Origin: Candidatus Thorarchaeota archaeon
Lineage (GTDB): Archaea > Asgardarchaeota > Thorarchaeia > Thorarchaeales > Thorarchaeaceae
Length of the DNA stretch: 64,000 nt
Assembly (NCBI GenBank): GCA_048884965.1
Contig: JBHLQH010000003.1
Location: 67,304 to 131,303 of the forward strand
Reading direction: 5' to 3'
The position numbers and the translations under genes were made by a program. The notes under the pieces were generated by a model that did no database searches, was not told the DNA's origin, and worked only from the letters and a program-made list of their open reading frames with translations. Each line of letters opens with the position of its first letter. Position 1 is the first letter of the stretch. This document shows positions 1-9,692 of the stretch, piece by piece.

Positions 1-1
1 T

Positions 2-838
2 GAGGATTGCAGCTGGTCGATATCTCTGAAGCCGCTTCAGACACTCCAGAATACACGCCTTCGCTAATCCCTTTTTCCTGTAGTTTGGATGAGTCCCAAC
101 AGGTTCTAGTTCAGCAATCCTACTTACTGGATCAATCCTGCCTGTGCAAAAAGCCGCAAAAACGCCATCAGTGCTTACAGCAACAATATCCAGATCTGGA
201 TGATAGAATGATGCATTACTGTAAATCTCAAGAATCCTCTTACTCATGCTTTTGATATGGGGAAACACCGCCATCTGAACATCTCTATATTGTGAAAACT
301 CATCGATTATCTCTGCGTTCCTTATTGTGAATCCCACTAGCTCACCATATCCTAGTACTTCCTTATCAGGAGGTCTCACTTGATCTATGCCTTCAATTTC
401 GCCTTTCTTGAATCCGAGGCTCTTCAATAATGCAATTCTTCTGGAATCGTCATCTTCAACGACAAGCCGGAGGCTTTTGCTATCATCAGTATCGGGCTTT
501 GTGTTCTTTATTTGTTCTACTGCCCAGAGAATGATGTGTTTCTCATAGTCTAGGAATTCAGGGTGGATATTTATCCAGCACATGCCCGATGGTTTTAGGA
601 TCGAAACAGCTATTATTCTCGAATCCTGATCCTTTCCGTTTCTAGAAATCTCCCAAATCTTGATGTATTCATCATCCTTGTCCTGATACTCCAATCCGCC
701 TGGCCCAAACTTGAGATTCTCAAACATCGAGGGAATCCAGTTTCGATACAGAGGTCCTGCATTCCATATCTCGATGAGGAACTCTCTAACAGTTTCAAAG
801 TCCTCATTCCAGTGATAATCACGCATTACTATTGACAC
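2..838 (-). CDS. GNAT family N-acetyltransferase (3' end runs off window start; not in ORF track)
   Basis: Manual translation gives an open frame from GTG838/ATG826 to the window edge: ...DLDIVAVSTDGVFAAFCTGRIDPVSRIAELEPVGTHPNYRKKGLAKACILE (GNAT motif A). Confidence 0.85.
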   Translation of the reverse strand, partial: MSIVMRDYHWNEDFETVREFLIEIWNAGPLYRNWIPSMFENLKFGPGGLEYQDKDDEYIKIWEISRNGKDQDSRIIAVSILKPSGMCWINIHPEFLDYEKHIILWAVEQIKNTKPDTDDSKSLRLVVEDDDSRRIALLKSLGFKKGEIEGIDQVRPPDKEVLGYGELVGFTIRNAEIIDEFSQYRDVQMAVFPHIKSMSKRILEIYSNASFYHPDLDIVAVSTDGVFAAFCTGRIDPVSRIAELEPVGTHPNYRKKGLAKACILECLKRLQRYRPAAIL

Positions 839-937
839 AATTGTTCGCCGCACAATGCTTTCATTTCGATAAAACAGTACTGAATAGAGCCTCTCCCCAA
901 ATGTAATACTTTATATTGACTCACGTAATACTATTAC

Positions 938-1942
938 ATGATACAAATGTCTGCAATAAATGGAGCGGCGCATCTACACGCCCTCGCAGATGAGTTTCTA
1001 ATGAATGGAGTATTCAGTCTGGAACGCCCTATAGAGTATGGCAGTTTTTCTTTCGTGCCAATTACCAAAATGCAGTCCCCTGAGGCTGAGATGGACTACA
1101 TCAATGCTGCTGAGGCATTAGAGACCGGAGATTTAGTCATTCTTGAAGGAGGCGATCAAGTAGAAACCCTCATCGCACAGAATAAAGGAACGCAATCAGT
1201 TCTCATTGAAGCTTCTGAGGTCCTCCTTGGAGATGGCAGTCAGGACAGAATCGTTCTCCAAAGCACTATCCTACAACCAGGAGAGGAACGAAGAATTCCG
1301 GTCAAGTGCGTGCATGCACCTCATCCTTTGAGAAGAGGAACTGTGTATAGATCAGTCGGTGCGTCTGGCAAGGACCTTCGAAAGTCAATACATCTGATGA
1401 AGTATCAGAGCATCATGACCGACATTGAACACTATGTTCCAGAAGCCGCAGTTGACCAAGGCGAGGTGTGGGGTGAAGTCAGCGGCTATGCTTCAGGTGC
1501 TGGAGCTAAAGATCCAACCAAGTATACGGAAGCTCTGGAGAAGAAGCAGAAAGAAGTGACCAAGGCTGCTGACCAGATTCGGAACCAGCTGCCCGAACAT
1601 ACCTGTGGATTGATAGTAATCAAGCGGGAAAGTGGAATACAAGCATTCGAACTATACCGATCTTCGAAGGCTTTTCAGAAGCGCGCAGGATTCATTGAAT
1701 CACTTCTCATGGACGATATTGTTACAGATGCTTGGCCACTTGAAGGTGAGGCTGCCTGGGCAACTGCAATTCAACTCATCTATCGCCTAAGAGAGGTGAC
1801 TGAAAAGGAAGTCATAGTCAAGGAAGGTTCGAGCAATCTTCACATCGGCGTTGACGAACTTGTAGGAGAGGCCATTGTCGCACAGAACCTAGAAGTTCCT
1901 GATCAAAGTATCCTCTATTGCACGCTCTCTCCATCCTCCTGA
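938..1942 (+). CDS. ARPP-1/DUF6569 family protein
   Basis: 334 aa; V-x-x-L-x-x-x-N, QDRI, IPVKCV and Q-x-x-VW motifs typical of DUF6569; TATA (TTTATA) at ~910, leaderless. Confidence 0.7.
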   Translation: MIQMSAINGAAHLHALADEFLMNGVFSLERPIEYGSFSFVPITKMQSPEAEMDYINAAEALETGDLVILEGGDQVETLIAQNKGTQSVLIEASEVLLGDGSQDRIVLQSTILQPGEERRIPVKCVHAPHPLRRGTVYRSVGASGKDLRKSIHLMKYQSIMTDIEHYVPEAAVDQGEVWGEVSGYASGAGAKDPTKYTEALEKKQKEVTKAADQIRNQLPEHTCGLIVIKRESGIQAFELYRSSKAFQKRAGFIESLLMDDIVTDAWPLEGEAAWATAIQLIYRLREVTEKEVIVKEGSSNLHIGVDELVGEAIVAQNLEVPDQSILYCTLSPSS

Positions 1943-2095
1943 AACTCACACGAGACTGGACCGCACGACGCTGAGGAGTCGACCATCCACGCCTAATCCA
2001 ATTCATGAGGCTCCCCAGCGTCAACCTATTTTTGACCGTAGCCTTTTTACCTAGATTATCGTGATATTGTATATCCGGTCTAGGAAGAATTAACC

Positions 2096-2755
2096 ATGGC
2101 ATTCTCTCGTATTTTTGGCACTGGAGATAAAGACCTGCAAAAGAAGGCTGATGAGCTTCTGCTAGAACTCAGTAAGGGCATGCAATCAGTAAGTGCCAAA
2201 TTATGCGTTGCCTCGAAGGTTTGGGAAGAAGGCAATATTGATGTCCTAAAGGAACTCGAGTATGAAATAATAACTCTAGAACGAGAGATGGATGTAATCA
2301 AAGAAGATATCGTCGAGAACATTCTAACTAAGTCTGCTTTTCTTCCTCAAGCGGCTTTGGAGCGACATACTATTGTCAAAGCGCTAGATGATGTAATTGA
2401 TGCCGCAGAAAATGCAATTCGTGTCATGGTGATGGGCAAGCGTATGAAACCCCCGTCAGAGATACGTGAAATTGGGAAACAGCTTTGGATATGCACCGAT
2501 CTGCTTCAGGACAGTATCAAGTATCTTTACACCGACTTTACAAATGCTATCGACATTACCAGAAAACTCGACAAAGAGCGAGAAAAAGCGCGTGACATCC
2601 AATTTGAGCTGATGGGCAAGCTATTCACAAATCCTGATTTCAGGCACAATGAGATTGTATTCTTTCAAACCGTTTCTGAGCGGATGGTCAAGGTTGCCCA
2701 ACAAGCTGAGGATGCTGGAGATTACATTAGAGAGCTAGCAGTCAGGTACAGCTAA
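2096..2755 (+). CDS. DUF47 / PhoU-like phosphate transport regulator
   Basis: LERE-x-D, DDVID-x-x-E and AEDAGD motifs; directly upstream of a PiT transporter. Confidence 0.9.
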   Translation: MAFSRIFGTGDKDLQKKADELLLELSKGMQSVSAKLCVASKVWEEGNIDVLKELEYEIITLEREMDVIKEDIVENILTKSAFLPQAALERHTIVKALDDVIDAAENAIRVMVMGKRMKPPSEIREIGKQLWICTDLLQDSIKYLYTDFTNAIDITRKLDKEREKARDIQFELMGKLFTNPDFRHNEIVFFQTVSERMVKVAQQAEDAGDYIRELAVRYS

Positions 2756-2771
2756 ATCCGAGGGTTGTGTA

Positions 2772-3800
2772 TTGGATCTGCTCTTGCTACTTGCATTGCT
2801 CGTCATTTGCTTTATCGTGGCATTTGCCATTGGCAGCAACGATGAAACGATGAGCCCGGCTGTTGGTTCAAGGGTTTTTTCTATTCGAACTGCAGTATTA
2901 GCAGGTGGCTTGATCAACATCATTGGAGCAATATCACTTGGAGGAGGAGTATCTGAAAAAGTAGGCTCCGATCTTGTTGGCGGTGCGTCATTGACCACGA
3001 GTATGATTTTTGCGATTCTCATCGCAATGGCTATCTGGCTCCTACTTGCTTCAGCCACAAAGGGATTGCCCATAAGTACAACACAGTGTATCGTTGGCTC
3101 AGTTATCGGAGTCGCAATCGGTGCTCCCTTGATCGGCATTGTTGGATGGGGAGTAGAGAGTGTCGATTGGTATGTAGTGTTTGAAATCTTCATTGGATGG
3201 GTGATATCTCCAGTGATTGGATTCTTCATTGCAGGAGTTGTCTTCGCTGGTGTCAGAAAGCTTCAGAAAAGGGCACCTGGTCTATCAGCTCGAGAGCGTC
3301 AAGAGCGTCTAGCTGCTTATGGACTCGCAATATTCTTGATATTTACCGGGTTGAGTAGAGGCGGAAATGATGTCGCAAATGCGGTGTCTCCCCTTATCGC
3401 TATGGAAGACTTTCAGGGCACAATAGACTTGGGAGGCATTGTTTTTGGAGCTTTTGTAATCCCACTTCTTGTGGGGGGTCTAGGCATGGCAATCGGATTG
3501 GCAGTAGTCGGCCGCAAAGTAATACAGACTCTTTCGATGGAAGTAGTTACTTTATCCCCCTCTTCCGCATTATCTGCAAGTATCTCTGTTTCTCTGGTGA
3601 TGTTTGTTGGCACCTTCTTTGGTCTACCACTCAGCGGAACCCACGTTCTTGTTGCCGCATTAATTGCAGTGGGTTTTGTATCTCAAGAACCAGTTCAAAA
3701 GAAACAAGTGAGACAGATCCTAATCTCGTGGATTATCACCGTGCCAATTTCTGCAATTCTTGGCTTCTTCGTCCTCGCCCTTACGAACTTAGTTCTCTAG
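2772..3800 (+). CDS. pit: Inorganic phosphate transporter, PiT/PHO4 family
   Basis: GSND, GLPISTT, GGNDVANA and GLPLSGTH signature repeats; hydrophobic. Confidence 0.92.
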   Translation: MDLLLLLALLVICFIVAFAIGSNDETMSPAVGSRVFSIRTAVLAGGLINIIGAISLGGGVSEKVGSDLVGGASLTTSMIFAILIAMAIWLLLASATKGLPISTTQCIVGSVIGVAIGAPLIGIVGWGVESVDWYVVFEIFIGWVISPVIGFFIAGVVFAGVRKLQKRAPGLSARERQERLAAYGLAIFLIFTGLSRGGNDVANAVSPLIAMEDFQGTIDLGGIVFGAFVIPLLVGGLGMAIGLAVVGRKVIQTLSMEVVTLSPSSALSASISVSLVMFVGTFFGLPLSGTHVLVAALIAVGFVSQEPVQKKQVRQILISWIITVPISAILGFFVLALTNLVL

Positions 3801-3802
3801 AT

Positions 3803-4558
3803 TCATTTGGTGAAAACATCCCTTCCAGCGTCAGGCTTTCTATGAATCAATAGAAATTCCTTGGCTTTTCTTCCTAGTTCTCGAGCTTCAAGTTCAATCA
3901 AATGTACTTTCCTTTTTGGGTCTGGATGCTGTTCATATGTCGCCTCAATGATCGCTAAATCTGCGTCTGTCGCTAGATCCGCGAGGCCTTGACACATCCT
4001 GCTATCTCCCGTAAATGACACTATGGTCCCACCGATGTTGACCCTGTATCCATGAGCTGGCATCAGGATGTCCATATTGGTATTGTTCTCCATTCCGTAA
4101 TGCTCGACCCCAATCGATTTAATCTTGAAGAAATCAGTATCAAAGCCTGACCCGTGTTGAAGTTCGAAGACATTGATCTGGAACGGTAGGGTTTCGTAAT
4201 AGCACCCCTTGAAAGCTTTTACGATCTGTGTGACCTCTGTGCACCCTCTCGGTGCGAGAATATTCAATGGCTCTTTTCTTCCCAACATCCTAAGGAATCC
4301 GAGTAACGTCCAGAGACCACCTACATGGTCAAAGTGTCCATGTGTGATTGCAATCAAATCGATCTCATTGACGAATTCAAGATCCCCACTAGAAAGAAGG
4401 TCTCTCACAGCACCATCTCCAACATCCAATAGGAGCATGCGCCCTGTGAATTTTGACGTTAGAATTATAGTAGTACCCACACCCGCCGCACTGTAGGGTA
4501 TTGATACCCGCACCTCATCATTTTCCCAGTGCGAAACATGCCTTGCTGGCGACATCAT
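3803..4558 (-). CDS. MBL-fold metallo-hydrolase (RNase Z-like)
   Basis: LLDVGDG, THGHFDH, FTGD, IEAT and LIH motifs; AGGAGG precedes ATG4558. Confidence 0.8.
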   Translation of the reverse strand: MMSPARHVSHWENDEVRVSIPYSAAGVGTTIILTSKFTGRMLLLDVGDGAVRDLLSSGDLEFVNEIDLIAITHGHFDHVGGLWTLLGFLRMLGRKEPLNILAPRGCTEVTQIVKAFKGCYYETLPFQINVFELQHGSGFDTDFFKIKSIGVEHYGMENNTNMDILMPAHGYRVNIGGTIVSFTGDSRMCQGLADLATDADLAIIEATYEQHPDPKRKVHLIELEARELGRKAKEFLLIHRKPDAGRDVFTK

Positions 4559-4710
4559 ATTGTTTTGTTTCCTCCTGAATGTCCATCTTCTACTCTTGAG
4601 GAGATAGGTCAAAAAGGTGTCGATGATTCAGACATTTAGGATAAGCTTGTACGAACCAGTCAAAAAGAAGGAGGATGATGCGAGAACACCGTCCCGCATC
4701 AAACAGGGTA

Positions 4711-5826
4711 TCAATCGTACCCAAGTTTTGGCACTCGTGCTAGCCATGCCATGAAGTAGCCCACGACCACTGAAATGACAAGACCCGCAATCACAGAAAA
4801 GACAACCGTCAGCATATCAGGCGTTACGCTGTAGAACAGCTGCATGATGCTCCAATAAGTGAATGCAAGGGACATTCCTGAGAACGCCACCTTCTTCAAT
4901 GGTGTCTTTACACTTCTCGTCTGGAACACTCCCATCTCTGTCATGGCTGCTGCTAGAGTTCCGCCTTGATCCCGCTTTATGTGAAGTGCCTTCGACAGTT
5001 TACCTACAGGTACCTTTGATTTTGGACGTACGACATCCATCGCCTTTGGAGCATATTTTGATACGCTGTCTGCTCCTGGTATCGCCTGTGCAACGCGATT
5101 GATCAGCTCATCTTTGGAAATCTTCTCTCCCTTCTTGGGATGCCTTCTTAGCACAACTGGCGCTGGGAAGACCCCGATCTCTTTAGCTGTCTTGCCCTTT
5201 CGCATCTTATGCGCTGCTAGGATACCTTTCTGGAATTCATCAAGAGAGAGTAGGAGACTGAATACTGCCATTACTGCAAAACCAACGGTGATCATACCAG
5301 TGATAGACCCCAAAGCTGCGACACCCGATGCGCCAATCGCTAGAACGAAGTTCTCAGAAACAGTGACGTTCTCGGTCGATCCAAACAATGTGTAGGTGAA
5401 CGCAAACACTCCTTCTATCGTCCCAGAGATTAGATCGATTCCTCCTGGTATCAAAGAGCCAAGGTCAAGTGATGAATTGAGGATTGTTGCAGACATTCCT
5501 TCAAGGGCAGGAATGTTAAGGTCAAATGGTTGTGTGAATATTGGTATTCCCAAGTATAACATTGAAAATGACCCCGATTTCAGAGTGAGATTGGCTCCAA
5601 CATCAATAGTGATCTCAAGATCGATTGGATCTGAAAGATTCACAGGTATTGGATTTCCAGAATCTGAATCCGCTGCAGAGATATCGTTTACTTCAAGTAG
5701 GAACGCGAGGTTCTCATCTCCACTCCAGCCTGGTGGCTGTGCTTGCGCCGGCATCAACAGGAAGGCACCAACCAAGCATACCAAGATGGATGCTGTTGCT
5801 AGGTGACGCATCATACGGACCATCAT
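4711..5826 (-). CDS. Membrane protein: signal peptide, extracellular beta domain, TM, basic cytoplasmic wHTH-like region, 2 TM
   Basis: 371 aa ORF, hydropathy pattern. Confidence 0.7.
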   Translation of the reverse strand: MMVRMMRHLATASILVCLVGAFLLMPAQAQPPGWSGDENLAFLLEVNDISAADSDSGNPIPVNLSDPIDLEITIDVGANLTLKSGSFSMLYLGIPIFTQPFDLNIPALEGMSATILNSSLDLGSLIPGGIDLISGTIEGVFAFTYTLFGSTENVTVSENFVLAIGASGVAALGSITGMITVGFAVMAVFSLLLSLDEFQKGILAAHKMRKGKTAKEIGVFPAPVVLRRHPKKGEKISKDELINRVAQAIPGADSVSKYAPKAMDVVRPKSKVPVGKLSKALHIKRDQGGTLAAAMTEMGVFQTRSVKTPLKKVAFSGMSLAFTYWSIMQLFYSVTPDMLTVVFSVIAGLVISVVVGYFMAWLARVPKLGYD

Positions 5827-5906
5827 ATCTTCTCCATTCTATTATGATATTACCGTTTGAGAATACAAAAAGGGACTTTAATCTTGGGGTGATGCTGTCA
5901 TCAAAG

Positions 5907-6272
5907 CTAGGAAGAATCTCCAAGGGCTTTCTCAATCTCTCTATCGAACTCATCATCATCATCGGGGTGGAAGTACACATATCTCTTTGATTGTTTCATT
6001 GGTGGAGGTGCCCAATTTAGTGATTCACCAAAAAGCGTAGCCGTTAGGCATGCTATCACAGAGAGGAGCATTTCCGAGCTTCCGGTTGATAGCACCATTT
6101 CAAGCGTAATGCTAATGATGATTCCTCCAATAAACCCACAGATTGCCCCAAGGAGGACCCTGTCTACAGGCTTCAAGGCTTTTTGTCCTCCGAGAGCATA
6201 TCCCATAAGCATCCCTATGCCAATTGCTGTTATGACAACAATGAGAACAGAGAGATCAAAGAACGCTTGCAG
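5907..6272 (-). CDS. Small membrane protein with acidic C-terminal tail (probable CTG start)
   Basis: Frame is open and hydrophobic upstream of ATG6212 (QAFFDLSVLIVVITAIGIG); GGGGAGG sits 8 nt before CTG6272. Confidence 0.65.
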   Translation of the reverse strand: MQAFFDLSVLIVVITAIGIGMLMGYALGGQKALKPVDRVLLGAICGFIGGIIISITLEMVLSTGSSEMLLSVIACLTATLFGESLNWAPPPMKQSKRYVYFHPDDDDEFDREIEKALGDSS

Positions 6273-6335
6273 TGGTGTCGCCTCCCCATCTATAGATATG
6301 CATAATTAGTTCACATAATCCTTTGCATGGAGTGG

Positions 6336-6884
6336 TTACCATCTATCATAGTGGACAATCTCTTCGAAGGCTTTCCTTTTCCGAGGGGCTTCTTCTCTCC
6401 CCTGATTCCTCTCATCAAGGACGCTGACATCGCCCTTGTATCCAATGAAGATAACAGTCCCAATTCTATAGTCCTTGGGAATGCCAAGCGTTTCCTTCAG
6501 CATTTTTTCATCCCATCCCGCTGTCGGATGTGCTATCAGTCCAAGATGAAAAGACTGTAGGAGGATATTCTGTGTTGCAAGACCAACATCCATCATCCAA
6601 TATGGTAGATTGTGTGCTCCGCAACCTCCACCTTCTTTAGTGACCACAACGAGCATGATTGGTGCGCGCTTACCCCAGTAGTTACCCCCACTCACAGCTT
6701 CGTGCGCTTCTTCAAGCGCTTCCTTGTCTCTTATCGCAATGAAGCTCCATTCCTGCGTATTTGCACATGATGGTGCCAGTCTTCCTGCTTCAAGTATCGA
6801 TTCCAGCATCTCATCTGATATTGGCTTGCTGTCAAAAGCACGTTGACTTGTCTTTTCATGAATCTCCTTGAGTACATCTACCAT
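6336..6884 (-). CDS. Nitroreductase family protein
   Basis: S-x-RAF, LAPSCANTQEW and DVGLATQNILL motifs. Confidence 0.92.
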   Translation of the reverse strand: MVDVLKEIHEKTSQRAFDSKPISDEMLESILEAGRLAPSCANTQEWSFIAIRDKEALEEAHEAVSGGNYWGKRAPIMLVVVTKEGGGCGAHNLPYWMMDVGLATQNILLQSFHLGLIAHPTAGWDEKMLKETLGIPKDYRIGTVIFIGYKGDVSVLDERNQGREEAPRKRKAFEEIVHYDRW

Positions 6885-6941
6885 TGTAATTCCCTACACT
6901 AGTTGAAATCCTGTGAAGGATTTCATTTCTAGTTTTCTAAT

Positions 6942-7109
6942 CTATGGTTTTACTTCCATATAGGTGCCGCAATGCTTGGGAAGGTCCTGCACACCACATG
7001 CTGGTCCCATCCAACAAACGAGTTGTTCTCCTTCTCGATGCATTTCCCGTCCACAATGAACAGGGACACTTGTTTCTTCTCCACACATTGGACATACTAG
7101 CTTAGACAT
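6942..7109 (-). CDS. 55-aa metal-binding protein with a duplicated C..CG...HCG..M motif (desulforedoxin-like)
   Basis: MSKLVCPMCG...HCGREM...LVCWMGPACG...HCGTYM. Confidence 0.7.
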   Translation of the reverse strand: MSKLVCPMCGEETSVPVHCGREMHREGEQLVCWMGPACGVQDLPKHCGTYMEVKP

Positions 7110-7229
7110 GATACGATTCACCTTTATATTCGAAGAGTATGAATTAACAATATTTAACCTTGTTGTATGGGCATAGAATCTGCAAAGCAAAAGAGAGAAA
7201 ACCCTTAGGATAACGTATAGTGAATTACA

Positions 7230-7571
7230 ATGACCGAGATTCTTGCCTGCCTAATTCTGGATGAGGATACCCAGAAACCCTTGTACAGTCATTTTATCGA
7301 TAGTGAACTCAAGAAGAATCCTTCACTCATACCCAAAAAGTTACAGACTGGCGAGCTAGTTATGATTCATGAGCTTGGCATTGACTTGAACTTGGTTTTC
7401 TCGCTCCTCGTAAGAGCCGAAAGTCCTGAGCTGAGAGAGATGTTAAAGAAGTTCAGGGATCGGGTTGAGAAGACATACCCTCAGGGCATGAAGGCAGGTA
7501 GTGGAAATTGGGCTGACTATGTAATCCTTGAGGGTATGGTTAAGTCCATCTTCATTGATCAGGATGAGTAA
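7230..7571 (+). CDS. Small longin/roadblock-like protein
   Basis: Beta-hairpin start (ILACLILDEDTQKPLYSHF) and C-terminal helices (LREMLKKFRDRVEKTY) resemble the longin fold. Confidence 0.55.
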   Translation: MTEILACLILDEDTQKPLYSHFIDSELKKNPSLIPKKLQTGELVMIHELGIDLNLVFSLLVRAESPELREMLKKFRDRVEKTYPQGMKAGSGNWADYVILEGMVKSIFIDQDE

Positions 7572-7580
7572 TGTTACTCG

Positions 7581-8840
7581 CTATTCAGGGTAGTATTTTT
7601 TGATATCCTCAGTATAGACCTTCTCGGATACCTTATGGGCTCCAGGTGTATCTAGTTCGACATCTCGCTTGAGGGACCTATCTTCTTCTAGAATCTCCTT
7701 GAAGACCTCATTCTGAATGATTAGTCTTTGCACCTCATTGCTTCCCGTCCAGATAGTTGCCAGACGCGCATCTCTATACAGACGTTCAATGGGATAAACG
7801 TCAGTATATCCAATTCCTCCCATAATTTGCATCGCTTCGTGCACCGCTTTGAATCCTGCTTCAGTACCAAAAGCTTTTGCCATCGAAACTTCTTTTCTGC
7901 ACCATGCTCCCGTGTCTGCAACTTTTGCTGCACGATACACCAAACCTCGAGCTGCATCTAGTTCTATGGCACAATCAGCAACCTTGAAGCTTATCGCTTC
8001 GAATTTCCGAATCGTTCTCCCAAATGCTTCACGTTTGTCAGCATATCTAGCTGCAATCTCGATCGCTGCTCTACCCATACCAATTGGTCCCGCTGCTGAA
8101 GTCAATCTCTCTGGGACCATCATACTATTGAAGACAGAATTTCCATCATGTGGGTCACCCACCAGATTTGCTTCAGGAACCTCGACATCCTTCATGACGA
8201 TCCTAGCTGCACCCATGCCTCTGCAACCCATGAGCTCATACTCTTCCTCCACCTTAACTCCTGAATCTCTATCAACCAAGAATGCACTCAGTGATTTGTG
8301 CGGTGGTGCTTCGAAGTCTGTTTTTGCATAGATGATGAAATAGTCAGCCCCGACGCCTCCTGCGACAAATCGTTTCTCACCATTGATGAGGTAGTTCTCT
8401 CCTTTCTTGATTGCAGTAGTGTTCGTCCCAAAGAAATCTGAACCACCACGTGGCTCAGTAAGTCCTTCTCCGCAAATCTTCTCTCCTCTTAGAGTTGGAA
8501 GGAGATAGTTCTTCTTCAACTCCTCAGATCCGTGCTTGTTGATTCCCTCTCCTATGATGCTAGGAAGAGAATATGCACAACCTATCGCGATTCCTAGTAC
8601 CCCAATCTCTTCGATCGCGACCATCTCAGAAACCCAACCGAGTCCTCTTCCACCATACTTCTCCGGAAACCTTAGCCCTAAGAGATTCTCTTTAGCCGCA
8701 GCTTTGACAAACTCATATGGATATTCCTTCTCCTTGGAGTCCATGGCAATCAGAAGATCTCTGCTTACCTTGTCCCGCACGAAGCGACGTGTTTCCTCTT
8801 TGATAGCCTTCTCTTCAGACGTCAATAGCACATCAAACAT
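7581..8840 (-). CDS. acd: Acyl-CoA dehydrogenase
   Basis: LTEPRGGSD, NGEKRFV, REAFGRTI and QIMGGIGY...YRDAR motifs. Confidence 0.95.
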   Translation of the reverse strand: MFDVLLTSEEKAIKEETRRFVRDKVSRDLLIAMDSKEKEYPYEFVKAAAKENLLGLRFPEKYGGRGLGWVSEMVAIEEIGVLGIAIGCAYSLPSIIGEGINKHGSEELKKNYLLPTLRGEKICGEGLTEPRGGSDFFGTNTTAIKKGENYLINGEKRFVAGGVGADYFIIYAKTDFEAPPHKSLSAFLVDRDSGVKVEEEYELMGCRGMGAARIVMKDVEVPEANLVGDPHDGNSVFNSMMVPERLTSAAGPIGMGRAAIEIAARYADKREAFGRTIRKFEAISFKVADCAIELDAARGLVYRAAKVADTGAWCRKEVSMAKAFGTEAGFKAVHEAMQIMGGIGYTDVYPIERLYRDARLATIWTGSNEVQRLIIQNEVFKEILEEDRSLKRDVELDTPGAHKVSEKVYTEDIKKYYPE

Positions 8841-8943
8841 TGTCCTAACCTCTCGCAAAGGGAATAGCACAATCACAGATAAAGACCCTAGGTTTTAGAA
8901 ATGGAACTGGTCCTTTTTGATCAATATGAATCGCGGTAGTGGA

Positions 8944-9249
8944 CTAAGGTCTCGGAGATTGTTTGCTCCTAATTTCCAAGATGCGTTCGGCTATTTTTGG
9001 GATGAAATCATCCCAATCATTGAGTATCTTTCGAAAAGTCTGCATCTCTTCCTTGCCATGCTCATCACTCGTTGAGCTTTCTATCTTTGCTAATTCCATA
9101 TGGTAGTCCCTAATCTTGTCGTAAAATGATTCTAAGATTACGAGATAGTAATCTAGTGAGAACGACATCCTCAGAGTGTTACTTGCAAACCAGAGAAGTA
9201 TTTCCACTTGCCTTTCCAATAGTCTTGTGTAGTCTTGTTTCATCGACAA
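8944..9249 (-). CDS. Hypothetical helical protein
   Basis: 101 aa ORF filling the gap, co-oriented with neighbours. Confidence 0.55.
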   Translation of the reverse strand: MSMKQDYTRLLERQVEILLWFASNTLRMSFSLDYYLVILESFYDKIRDYHMELAKIESSTSDEHGKEEMQTFRKILNDWDDFIPKIAERILEIRSKQSPRP

Positions 9250-9299
9250 ATAGCTCTACTCCTATTAAGCGGATATCTTTTCAGCTTGATATAGGATTT

Positions 9300-9692
9300 C
9301 TAGACATTTCCTAATAAGGAATCCAGAGTCGCATCAGAGCCTACATGTTTATCCACACTTATCGCATCCGTTGGGCATACTAGCTCACATACCATACAGA
9401 AGATGCAGTCATTCTCATTGGCAGGAGTTACGATATCAGGCATATTGCTCGATAGAGTGGCAAAGACATTAGTAGGACAGGCATTATAGCATTTCATACA
9501 AGCTATGCATGAGTCTATGTGCACTCCCACTACTGTTCCATGTATCTCACCTTCATACTCATTGGATCTCCAAATGGAGTATCTTTCTATTCTTGAAGCA
9601 ATACGCCATGTTGCTCGATAGGTCCTATCTATTGGCACTAGATATCTCTCATCTCCCCTCGTTTTGAGCGATATGGCTGGGGGCTCATTCAA
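9300..9692 (-). CDS. 2x[4Fe-4S] ferredoxin (archaeal type with N-terminal extension; true start probably the GTG of VPID)
   Basis: CIACMKCYNACP and CIFCMVCELVCP. Confidence 0.9.
   Translation of the reverse strand: MNEPPAISLKTRGDERYLVPIDRTYRATWRIASRIERYSIWRSNEYEGEIHGTVVGVHIDSCIACMKCYNACPTNVFATLSSNMPDIVTPANENDCIFCMVCELVCPTDAISVDKHVGSDATLDSLLGNV

Noticed and set aside
1967-2022. SECIS-like element (minus-strand ATGA...GA inside a stem)
   Set aside because: The upper helix does not pair, there is no apical AA, and no UGA-containing gene on that strand
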